39,619 bases of DNA, from contig MEDY01000312.1 in assembly GCA_001724265.1 (NCBI GenBank), positions 1 through 39,619 on the forward strand. Reading direction: 5' to 3'. The DNA is from Rhizaria sp. SCN 62-66 (Eukaryota). Below are positions 11,640 through 22,200 of this stretch, one piece after another. Each line of letters opens with the position of its first letter. Position 1 is the stretch's first letter. The position numbers and the translations under genes are program-made. Below the pieces are notes generated by a model. It saw only the letters and a list, made by a program, of their open reading frames with translations, had not been told where the DNA came from and did not search any database.

Positions 11640-14600
11640 GCGTCGGTGTCATCGAGCAGACGGGGGCGGGCGGCGCGCGCGCGCAGCGCCGCCACGGTGG
11701 CCTGCGTCGGCGGCGGCGGCGGCGCTGCACTCGCAGAACCAGAGCCCGCAGGCGCAGCCCCACTCGCAGTCCAGGCCGGCGCGGCGGGGTAGGGGAATGC
11801 CATATAAGTCGCCTCTGCACTGGCGCTGGCGCTGGCGCTGGCGCTGCTGGTGGTGGTGGTAGTGAGCGCGACAGGGGAGTACGCAGCCAGAGTGGGGTCG
11901 GCGTCGATCATTGGGGCTTCAGCAGGGGCGGAGTCCGCGCCGTCGCCGCCCTCCATAGTGAGGAGGCGGGCGCGCGGGCGCGGGTGCTCCAGGTGGTCCA
12001 TGAGCCGGTTGAGGTGCACCAGCACGCTCAGCACAGCGCCCGCGGCCCCCGCCACAGTGGCCCCTCGCTCTGCCGCGCTACCGGCGCTGTGCCCGGCGCC
12101 GTGGCCGTGGCCGTGGGGGGCGGCGAGGGGCAGCATGACGTCGGGCAGCGCGCGGAGACGCGTGGCCTGCGCGGCGAGCGCGTCGGCCATGGCGGGCGAG
12201 GGCAGAACGCCCATCGCGAGCGTGGCCTGGTAGAGCCGCAGCAGCAGCGCGTGCAGCTGCTTCGTGCCCAGCAGCCGCATCAGCCGCGCCGTCACCGCGA
12301 AACGCACGCCCGCGCCCGCGCCCGCACCCGCGTCCGTGCCGTGCGCGGTGCGGGCCTTGAGGGCGGCGAGGCGCGCGGCCGAGTCGCGCAGCAGGAGCGC
12401 CACAGCCGTCTCGGCCTGGCGCGACGCCACTAGGCCGGCCAGCACCGAGAACAGCTCACCGTCGCTCAGTGTGTCCGCCGCACCGCCAGCAGCAGCGGCA
12501 GCGCCAGTGGAGGCGTGGGCCGCGGCGGCCTCTGCCTCTGCGTGGGCGAGCGCGGCAACGACGCTCTCGGCGCGGCCCGAGAAGGCCAGCGCGCGCAGCT
12601 GCAGCAGGCGCGCCTCAGCGGGCAGCGGGCCGCGCAGGCGCGCGCAGAAGGCCACGTCGAGAAGCTTGCTGCCGCTGTCGGTGTCAGTGTTGGCGCTGGT
12701 GCTGGCACTGGGGATGTCGTCGGCGGCAGCGCCCCCGGGGGCGGAGGCGGAGACCGTGGCCGAGGCCAGGACGGGGTGCAGCGCAAGCAGCGCGGGCGAG
12801 GCGGGCACGGCCACGGCCAGGGGGCTGCCGGCCACGGAGCCGGGGCCGGGCGCAGGGGTCGCGGCGACCTGAGAGAGGGGCAGAGGAAACAAGGGAATGA
12901 GGCGTAGAAAGAGTACGTGAGGAGATGTCACAGTGAAATTGTTATAATGCAATTAATCAAAAATAATAAAATCTAAATACAAGTCAAAATATCACAGAGT
13001 CGCAATTAACCCAAGTAAATCAGTCCTATAAATCACGATGTGAGACAGTAGACCGCAAGAGATCGATCGTACGTACCTGGATGGCTGCGGCGGCGTGGGT
13101 GGGCAGCCCGCGGCGCAGGAAGCCGGCCGCGAGCGCGGTCAGCACGGCGGCCGGGAACGGCGCCACCACCTCTGCGCGGCCCCGGACCACGCGCGCCACC
13201 ACCGCCTCAGCGCTCTCAGTGGTCTCACTCCGTGAGGCGCCCTCAGTGCAATGCAGCGCGACCGCGCCCTCTGCTGCGAGGGCGGCCTCCTCGGCCGTGG
13301 GCGCGTAGCAGGCGAGCGCGGGCGCCAGCACCTGCATGGCGGCCGTGGCTGTCGGCGAGTGCGCACCCAGCGCCGTGGCGGCCGCGACCAGGTCCGCGCG
13401 CGCCAGCGGCAGCCCCGCGCGCGCGGCGGCGGCCAGCAGCGCGGCCAGCGGCGCCAGGTCGCGAGAATGGGCCACAGTCGCCACGGTGCTGCCAAGCGCG
13501 GCGCGCGCGGCGGGCAGCGGCTGCCGCGCCGCGAGACCGACGACGCGTGCAAGCAGCGCGTGCGCGCGGAGCCGCACGCAGGCGCGGGCGAGCGCGGCGG
13601 CCGCGGTGGGAGCCAGCGGCACCGCGGCCTCCTCGGCCCAGCCCACCAGGTCCGCCAGCAGCGCCGTCGTCGCCGGCACAAACGAGACCTGCGCCGACGC
13701 ATGCGCGCGGGAGCCGGCGCCGGTCGCGCTAGTTGCGGCGGTCGCGGCGGCGGCGGCTGCTGCTGCTGCTGCGGGAGCGGCGAGCGCGGCGGGCTGGGTG
13801 AAGCAGCGCGCGGCGGCGAAGACGATCGCCGACGTGACCGCCCAGTCTAGCACGGGCGGCAACGCGCGCGTCGAGGGCAGCGATGCGGCGCTATCACCGC
13901 TGCCGCTGCTGCTGCTGCTGCTGCTGCTGCCGCTGGACATGTCGCTGGAGTCGCGGCCCGTGAGGGGCAGCGGGGGCAGCGGCCCGTCTGCGAGGGCGCG
14001 CAGAAGCCGTAAGACCCACGTCACGGGCACGTCCGCGGCCGCAAAGCCCGACACCAGCGCCGCCGCAGCGAGCTCGCTCTTGCCCGCGCCCACGCTCACG
14101 CCGGCATTGTCTGTCGCGTGACTACTGCCGCTGCTGCTGGGGGTGAGGGCGAGGGCCAGCGGGGGCGAGCGCGCGAGCTGGAGCAGTTCGGCGGCGACCT
14201 CGTCGGGCATGGGCGCGGCCCAGAGCTCAGTCTCAGCCGTCGCTGCCGCCTCGTGGGGGTCGAACACGGCCGCGGCCGCGGTCGCGGCGGCAGTAGGCGT
14301 GGCGGCGCCGGTCGCCGCGGCGGAGGCTGCGGCGGAGGCTGCGGCAGCGGTGGCGGCCTCAGCGGCGGCGGCCAGTTCGGCAACGCGCGCGGCGCGCCAG
14401 TGCTGGGCGGCCGCGGCAAGCGCGTCGAGCGCGCGCGTTAGCGGCGTGAAGGGCAGCGAGCCGCCGGGGGGCGGCGGCAACAGCGACGACGACGACGTAG
14501 TGGCCGAAGCTGAGGCTGAGGGTGTGTGAGCGTAGGAAGAGAAACAGGCGCGGGGCGCGGCGCGGGCAAGCAGCAGCGCGGGCGCGAGCAGCGCCGACGA

Positions 14601-14945
14601 CGATGACGATGACGACGACGATGACGACGATGTAAAGGACGACGACGACGACGAAAGAAGTGCCGGGGTAGGGCGCATGACTGTCGCTGCCGCAGCAACA
14701 GCAGTGGAGTTGTTGCGCTCGGACAGCATCACGGCGGGCACGTGCGCGTGCGCGGGGAGAGAAGGCCTGGCCGAGGCAGATCCGGAGATAGTCGAGGCAG
14801 AGGCAGCAGCGGCAGCGTCGGCCGTTTTAGCTGTTGTTGCAGTTGTCGTGGCTGCGGAGCCGGGGAGGCTCCGAAGCAGGGAGGGGGCAAGCACGCCAGG
14901 CTTGGCAGAGCCAAGGCGGCGAAGAGCGTCACTGAGCGGATGCAT
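1..14945 (-). CDS. Giant (>4,900 aa, 3'-truncated by the window edge) Ala-rich alpha-helical repeat protein with degenerate PPR-like motifs and a probable mitochondrial presequence; 2 exons: 14945-13077 and 12868-<1; apparent 1-nt frame break near 2685
   Basis: ATG at 14945 (MHPLSDALRRLGSAKPG..., Arg/Ser/Leu/Ala-rich, acid-poor). Phase-0 intron 13076-12869 (CAG|GTACGT...CTCTCTCAG|GTC) joins ORF 13026..15104 to ORF 2618..12952. Below about 2685 the coding-like frame changes (LGRAPLRLPIATSAVAVTE...) and stays open to base 1. PPR-like segments include ALALRVFDHCKRGAVALPPPAYAALLALAARGRVRGRLWELFDDM and PLTTPLLWAVLEAALRHGGAGHALAVFTALR. The PPR call is by eye only. Confidence 0.75.
12869..13076 (-). 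other. GT-AG spliceosomal intron (208 nt) in the giant gene
   Basis: AT-rich island between two GC-rich exons; donor GTACGT, pyrimidine-rich stretch and CAG acceptor; splicing preserves frame (phase 0). Confidence 0.9.
14594..14655. repeat. (GAC/GAT)n trinucleotide microsatellite encoding poly-Ser in exon 1 of the giant gene
   Basis: gacgacgatgacgatgacgacgacgatgacgacgatg...gacgacgacgacgacga; translates on the minus strand to [20 protein letters not shown]. Confidence 0.85.
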
Positions 14946-16202
14946 GGTACCGCGCAGAGTCGATCTGGAAAACAATAGAAGGCAAGAGCGCGCGAGAGAG
15001 ACATGGGTAAGCGTCAGGTGAGACTGGTTCGACAGTGGAGCGCGGCGATTGCGGTTGTGACAGATGGTAAAGCTCTGCAGGAGTATAAAAAGAAGATTAT
15101 ACACAAAACGTAATATAAGACCAGGTACACACTGAACATTCTATGCTTACGATTATACACATGTGCTATTCGAGCAATGCGCAGTTCGAGGACTCAACCA
15201 ACCGCAGGCCCACAGTCGGGTCACTTTCGGACTCGTAACCGGAGCCTACATTCTAAAGATCTAAGAGAGGGAAGATGTTCGTTATTATGAAACTTCTTGC
15301 TGGATTCGAAGGATAGACGTGATATTGTGTTATATTCTATTTGTCATTTGTCTCCTGGATTTCGATGCGATGCACACCAGCGCTGTCTTTCTGAGCTGGC
15401 TTCGCCCGACGCCAGTCTCAAGCTTTTGCTTTTCGTCTTTGCTCTAGGCGTTCATTAGCGCACATAACACCGTACTAGGCGTACCCCTGTGTTATTTGTT
15501 ATATTATGTATTGAAAGCAACTCGATCTTAGCTTGGTAGCTCGTTGTGCCGTCATCTGACCTTGGATTGGCCAAACTGACACCAATTTGGGCTCATGATG
15601 CTTACTCCTTGCGTCTGATTCGCTGTGAGTTTTTGGATTTTGCAAGTGAAATGCTCATCGTGGGAATCTTTTCCAGCATGTAAACAGTGTATTGGCGACG
15701 ATTTACGCTTGTAGGGCTTTATAGTGACGACTTAGAGACTATACAGTGTGCCTTCGAGGGTCATGTGCTGCTGACTTAATGAAGGATATATCTATAGAAT
15801 AAAGACATAATAGCAGAATATCTGCTCCACATAGTAAAAAAGTAGTATTTGTACATTATATAGCAAGTTAGACAACATAAGAGCATGTTTTGTATTCGTA
15901 CACAGCGAGATATGCGTTTGATTGGTGCTTTCGCGCGTTGCACAGCTGTGCTTTGTCGACTTGGTGGTTGGCGCCAAACATTTGCATGAAGCGCACCGCT
16001 GTATATTGAACGTCAAGGCGATTTTAAAGATGAGCACAGCCTTTTATTTTATGATATGTACACTTTTTCTATTTAACGCTTCTTGATTCTGTGTATATCC
16101 GCTGTACCACTTCAGACTTTGTTTTCCTTTCCCAGCGTCTGTTGACCACCCGATCTCGTTCTGCAGCGCCATTCCCCGCGGCCCTGTCCGACTGTTTTCG
16201 CG

Positions 16203-18418
16203 ATGAGTTCCGGTGCTGAGGACGCGTTTGACGCAATGCGTGATGCCGCGGACTCTGCTGGCCCTGTTTCGTTTGATTCGATGTTCCCGGACCCTGTTTC
16301 CTCGTCCTCAGCCTCTGCCAACAGCGCGAGCGCCAGCGCCAGCTCCGCAAGCGCCTCCGCGGGCTACAACGGCGACCGCTTCGGCCTCGACCGCTTTGCC
16401 GCACCTGGCGCTCCCGCATCCCAGCACATCCCCTTGGGCCAGTATTCTCAGCCGCGCTCGCAGCGCACCGCTGACGACGACGGCGACGACTACAACCGCA
16501 GCAACAACCGCCTCGGCGGCGCCGCCAACGATGAGGAGGCGAAGGAGTCTTCTTCTTCTGCCTCGGCGTCGGAGGAGCCCCCCTTGCCGTCGGCGCCTCC
16601 CAAGCGTCCTCCTACGGCCTATTTTGCGTTTATGGCAGAGCAGCGCGCTCTAATCGCTGCCGGCTCAGGCTCATCGGCAGCCGACGATACCGACTCCACA
16701 TCTGCGTCCGCATCTGTGTCTGCAGAGTCCGCGGGCCTGTCCGTGGCGGAGGTGTCGAAGCGCATCGGCGCGCTGTGGTCTGCGCTGCCCGCGGAGGAGA
16801 AGGAGGCTCGCGCCGCCGCCGCGGCCGAGGCCAAGGCCAAGTGGGAGCTCGAGATGCGCGCTTACGATGCCGCTGCCGCCCGCGCCCGCGCCCGAGCGCG
16901 CGCGCTCTCCGGCGGCGACGCCGACGCCGGCGACGACCACAGCGACGCTGAGGCCGCCGGCTCTGCTGACGCGGAGCAGAGCACGAAGCTGCTGCTGCCA
17001 CTATCTCGCGTCAAGCGGCTGATGCAGACTGACCCCGACGTCAAGGCCGTCGCGCGCGAGGCACTGCTCTTCGTCACGCGCGCCGCCGAGGGCTTCGCGC
17101 GCTACCTGGCGCGGCTGGCGACGCTGCACGCGGCCAAGACGGCGCGCAAGACGGTCAAGACGGACTTCTTCAAGGCCGCGGTGCGCGCGAACCCTTCGCT
17201 GGAGTTCCTGTCCGAGTGCGACTTCCTCCTCACGGGGCCAGAGCCCAAGTTTGCGAGCGCGAGCGCGAGCGCGAGCGCGGGCGCCAAGGGCAAGGGCAGC
17301 AAGGGCAAGGACAAGAAGAAGGCCGCCGCTGCCGTGACAGAGGGCGAGGGCGAGGGTGAGGGCGAGGGCGACGGCAGCGACGGCGAGGCGGAGCGTAAGC
17401 CGGCCCGCAAGGCCATTCTCGACTCGTTCAGCGCCGCCGCGGCGGGCTTCGGCGGCGGTGACGGCGGGTTTGAGCTCGGCGGCAACTACTTCGGTGACGA
17501 CGACAAACAGAAGGCCAGCGCCAGCGCCAAGGCCAAGGCAAAGCCCAAGGCGAAGGAGCCGAAGGCGACTGCGAAGAAGAGCGGCAGCGCATCCTCTGAG
17601 AGCAAGAGCAGCAGCAAGAGCAAGAAGATGACCGACGACGACGTTATTAGTGACGGCAAGGGCGACACGGAGGCCAAGCGGCTGGCTCGGCGCCGTGCCG
17701 CTCTCGCCAGCGACAGCGAGGGCGACGGCAGCGGCAGTGGCAGCGGCAGCGGTGACGATGATGAGGACGACAAAGAGGGCGACGGCGAGGATGACGAGGG
17801 CAAGAGCACGAGCGCCAAGGCTGCCAAGGCTGCCAAGGCTGCCAAGAGCGCCAAGGGCAAGGGAGGTAAGGACTCGGCTGCCTCTAGCGCGGGCGCGAGC
17901 GCGGGCGTAAGCATTCTGAACATGTTTGCGCGCGCGCAGGCGGCCGAGGCGGCGGAAATGCTGCAGGACGGCGGCGTGGCGGCCGCGGCGGAGCGCAGGG
18001 CCAAGATGGAGGCCTTCTTGCGCCAGGGCGAGGAGCAGGACTCGGCGCGGCGCGCGGCCAAAGCCAAGGCGGCGGCTTCGGGCAGCAAGGGCAGCGCCAA
18101 GGGCAAGCGCGGCGCCAAGGCCGGCAAGCGCGGCGGCGACGGCGACGAGGACGACGACATGATTCTCGGCGTTGACTATGAGCTCGACGAAGACGGCGAG
18201 CGCGTAATGCTCAACAGCAACAACAACAATAGCAGCGGCGGCAAGGGCGGCAAAGCCAAGGCCAAGGGCAAGGGCCGTGTCGTCAAATCAGACTCCGAGT
18301 CTGGTTCCGGCTCTGGCTCTGAGGTCTCCGACTCTGACGCCGGCTCCGGCTCTGGCTCTGGTTCTGACTCCGAGTCAGCCGCTGCTGCCAGCCGCCGCCT
18401 AGCCGACAACTGCACCAG

Positions 18419-18449
<31 letters not shown>

Positions 18450-18902
18450 AACGTGAGCTCGCGCGGCCGCCGCCGCGGCGCCGCGGCCAGCAAGCTCGCC
18501 GCGGCCGCGGGCGCGCTGTCGAAGAAGCGCGCCGCCTCCGCCGCGGTGTCCGCCGCTGCCGCCGCCTCGGCCTCCGCCGGAGGCAAGGGCGGCCGCCGCC
18601 GCGTTGTCGTGGACGACGACAATGACGACGACGACGATGACGAGGAGGAGGAGGAGGAAGAGGAGGGGGCGCGGGTCAAGAGGGCCCGGCGCGCGGTGGT
18701 CACTGACTCCGAGTCGAACTCTGACTCTGACTCCGACCTCGAGACCGTCTCCGACGTGGAGGCGGGGTCCGGCAACGACAGCAACGCTGGCGGCGACGAC
18801 GGCGGCAGCGACGGTGACGAGAGCGGCCCCGCCGCCAAGCGGCGCGCGTTCAAGAGCAAGCTGGCAGCCAGCATGGCGGCCTTTGAGTTCAAGCGTCGCT
18901 GA
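16203..18902 (+). CDS. HMG-box plus histone-fold (NF-YC / POLE4-Dpb3 / CHRAC15-like) chromatin protein with a long Lys/acidic low-complexity tail, 899 aa, intronless
   Basis: HMG box PKRPPTAYFAFMAEQR...LSVAEVSKRIGALWSALPAEEKE...AKAKWELEMRAY (about 16599-16866). H2A-like fold LPLSRVKRLMQTDPDVKAVAREALLFVTRAAEGFARYLA...RKTVKTDFFKAAVRANPSLEFL (about 16989-17230). Strong GC3 bias; TGA stop. Confidence 0.85.
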
Positions 18903-19263
18903 GCGCCCGAGGCATGGGTGCAGATTGACGAACGTGCTGCTGCGTCCCCTGTGACCATAGCAGCGTCTTTGCGAAAGGCCAGTGGGTCAACGAGGCTGAC
19001 CGCTTATTATGTGTTTATGTTTGCTAAACTTAAATAAAGTGAGCTATTCAATATTAAAATTCGTGTCTACTCAAAAGAATCCTGGGATTTTGTTCATGTT
19101 TGTTTTGAATAATGTTTTTATTTCAATCGATTCTCTATCTTGCCGTCGTTATTTGTTTTTAACTTGTGTTACTCATGCGCTCGTTACGCGGAGTTGGAAA
19201 ATGTGATGCACACAAAAGTTTTATGTCTGCGTTATCGTCTATTATATCGAATAAGCTGTTTGC

Positions 19264-22200
19264 TTACGCCTGCTTTGCTCTTCCAGCCCCAGTGTCAGCC
19301 CCTTCACGACTCCTTCGACTCCCTTTACGTGCACTGCCGTTTCTGTTGTTGCTGGTGTTATTATTGCCAGCGACGGAGGCTTCAGATGCAGGTTTGCTGT
19401 CTTGCTCGCTGTTTTTGTTAGCACAGCTGTTACTTGGCTTAGCTTTGTCACGTCCGCTGCTGTCGGGACTGCTGTTACTATTCTTTCCTAACTTGCTGGT
19501 TTCAGCAGCAACGCAGCCGCTTTGTTGCTGCTTGTTGTGACGCTGTTGATGTTCCTGCTTCTGCGCAGCCTGAGTGACGCTCTTCCTCGGCGTGTCAGTT
19601 CTAGCCCCAGCAATGCTGCCTTTGTTTGCGTCAGGCGACGGCGCAGCGCTAGTGCTTGCGCTTGCAGCAGTCTCAATGGCCGTCTCGTTGTTGTGACAGC
19701 TTCTACCGCGATTGCAGCTCGCAGCGTCAGCATTGGCAACGCCAGCAAGCTTCGGAAAAGCTTGTTGCTTTTGCAACTTTCCTTGACTTTGCGGATGCTG
19801 CTGTTTGTGTTGCTGTCGCTGTTGAGCTGCAGTCTCAGGGCTCCTCGTTGTTGCGGATACAGTCGCGGGTTTATCGGCTGCGGCATCAAAGCCACTCTTG
19901 CAATTAGCAGTTGCAGCATGCGCAGAGGTAACATCGATCGTTGATTGAGGGCGCAGAGGCGACTGCGACTGTCGCACTGACTGCGACAAGAGCCTAATCC
20001 GTGACCGTGACCGCGAAGTGTGTTCTGTTTTTGCGGCCGCAGTTTGCGCCGCGACAGCCTCAGCGTTATTCACCTGCGGAGAGGGCGTAAAACGACGCGA
20101 GCGCGCGCGCGAGGCGGCGGCCACTGCGGCGACCGCGGCGGCCGCGGAGGCTGCGGCCGCGCTGGCTGTGGCGGCTGCAGCGGCAGCGGCGGCAGTCAAC
20201 TTTGTGACAGGCGTTACCATAGCAACTGTTGGGGTCGGTGCGAGTGGCAGAGTCACACTTGTTGTTGCTGCCGTTGTCACTGCCGCAGCGGTAGTCGGGC
20301 TGTGTAGCGACTACTGCGATCGCTCTTGCGACTGCAAGATCTCCAGCAGCGACGGCAGCGGCAAGGGCAGTGGCGCAGGCACAGGCGTCAGCGCAGCCGC
20401 TGTGATCTCAGTTGCTGCTGCAGCTCTTGTTGTTGCGGCCGCGTTCGTGGACGCTGGTGCCGCGGTGGCAACAAATGACTGTCCTAGCGCGGGGGACGCC
20501 AGCGCCCAGCCCTGCTCGTTGCCGTGAGTGTGGGCAGGGAGACGTAGGCTGTGTGCACTGCCACTGTGCGCGTCGGGACTGTGGACACCATGTCCGTTAG
20601 CGCAGTACTCATAAGCCGCGTTTGCGTTATTTTGAGCCGCAGCGGCGGTGGCAGCAGCAGTGGTGGTAACAGCAAGCGGGGACACAAGGTTAAAGCTGTT
20701 GCTACTGTGGCCGTGATCAGCAACAAGACTCGCAGCATCACAAACTGTTGCAGAAACGGGACTCAGCTTGGCACGAGTGCCTACAGCATTGCCATTATTA
20801 CAGCTCACAACGGCGCTGCTGTTGGTGTTCTTTGTGACCGTGCTTGCGTACGTAGTGCTAGGCGCAGGCTCCACGTTGACAGCGGTTGTTGCCGCTGGCA
20901 GGGCAGTGCAGTAATTGTCTGGCAAACTGACCATCTCTAGCGGCGACTCCAGCAGAAGCTGCTGAGAGTGTTGGGGAGACTCAGCAAGCAAGGCAAACAG
21001 GTGCTGTTGCTGATGCTGTTGCTGCTTGAATTCCGTTTCGCTGTCATCGCAGACTACATCAACATTGCCGCTGTTCGTGTCTTGGCCGTGTGTGTTATTG
21101 TTGTAACTGTTGGTGTCCCAGCCAACTGCAGGCCAAGCTCCAGTAATGTTGTAAGCGTGATTAAACGACTGCCCCTGATCATGGCCGTAATCAAAGCCGC
21201 CGCTGTAGCTGCGGTAGTTGTGACTTTGCGTGTTGCTGGTCGGACTAGTTGTGTTATAAGTCGACGGCATGTGCCCAGACTCAGTGCCACGATATGCATG
21301 ACTCAGGTGCTGCTGCTGCTGCTAAAGGTGCAGTTGCTGCTGCTGTTGTTGCAGTGCTTTTGCAATATCAGAGCCAATTTGCATGCCAGCCTCTGCTTGC
21401 GGACTTGAAACTTCAGCGACATGTTCACAGACACCGGCAGCTTGCTCACAATCAGTCTCATCCTCGCTGTCGCAGCTTGCTGCACTGAGCAGCAGCGCGG
21501 CGGCTGCAGTGGCCCCACTGCGCGCTGGCGCGGCCGGCGATGGCGACGGGGAGAGCATGAGCGACCGCGGCCCGCGCCCAGCGTCGCGGTCGCAGTCCGT
21601 GGCCCCGCGAGACCGGGTGCCCGCGCCGCGGTTCGGACCAGCACCAAAGCTTGAGAGAGCGTTTGTGTGAGAGTTAGGGCTGTTGCGCGATGTTGTCGTC
21701 GCCGCGGCGCTGGCAACTAACGCAACAGTACTGCGCGGTGGCACCGAGTTGCGTCGCACCCGTGGGTCACTGCCACCGGCATCAGCGTCAAGTCCTCCCA
21801 TCCCTGTCGCTTCCGTTGCCCTCACAATAACAACTGCTGCCGCGGTAGCGCTTGTTGCGGGGGCAACACTTATAGCGTCTGCAATAGCAGTAGAACCTGC
21901 AGTGGCGCGGCCGTCGCTGCTCACAGTCACAGTACTGCTTGTATCAACAGTGTTTCCAACAACACCTAGTTTACTGTCGGGGGCACTTGTGACATCAGTG
22001 TTGCTGCTGACGCGAGGAGGGCTTGAAACAGCTGCAGCCACTGGGGATGGCCGCATGAGCGCCTCAATGTGCTTTGCATCGAGCACTAGAGGCGCTGTGG
22101 CTTCAGCGGATGGCTTTGACATCTCAGCAGCCTGAGATGCGGACTTGAAGGTGAACGCGGACGAATACTGTGGGTGGCCGCCGCCATTACTGCCGCCACT

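Noticed and set aside
12869-12952. N-terminus MHYNNF... of the 3,444-aa ORF, and N-terminus MYNLLF... of ORF 13026..15104
   Set aside because: The first lies in the AT-rich intron; the second lies upstream of the likely ATG at 14945.
148-14978. Dozens of long plus-strand and off-frame ORFs (e.g. 195..2021, 5357..7996, 10331..12433)
   Set aside because: Antisense or frame shadows of the GC-rich, Ala-rich giant gene; Arg/Gly/Ala-rich translations with no recognisable motifs.
15105-16200. Hidden small gene, tRNA or ncRNA in the spacer (also 24860-25780, 27960-28690, 38700-39480)
   Set aside because: No tRNA-like structure, no coding-type GC3 bias, and short ORFs lack motifs even when TAG is allowed as sense in the frames I checked. 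A covariance-model search would be needed to exclude ncRNAs.
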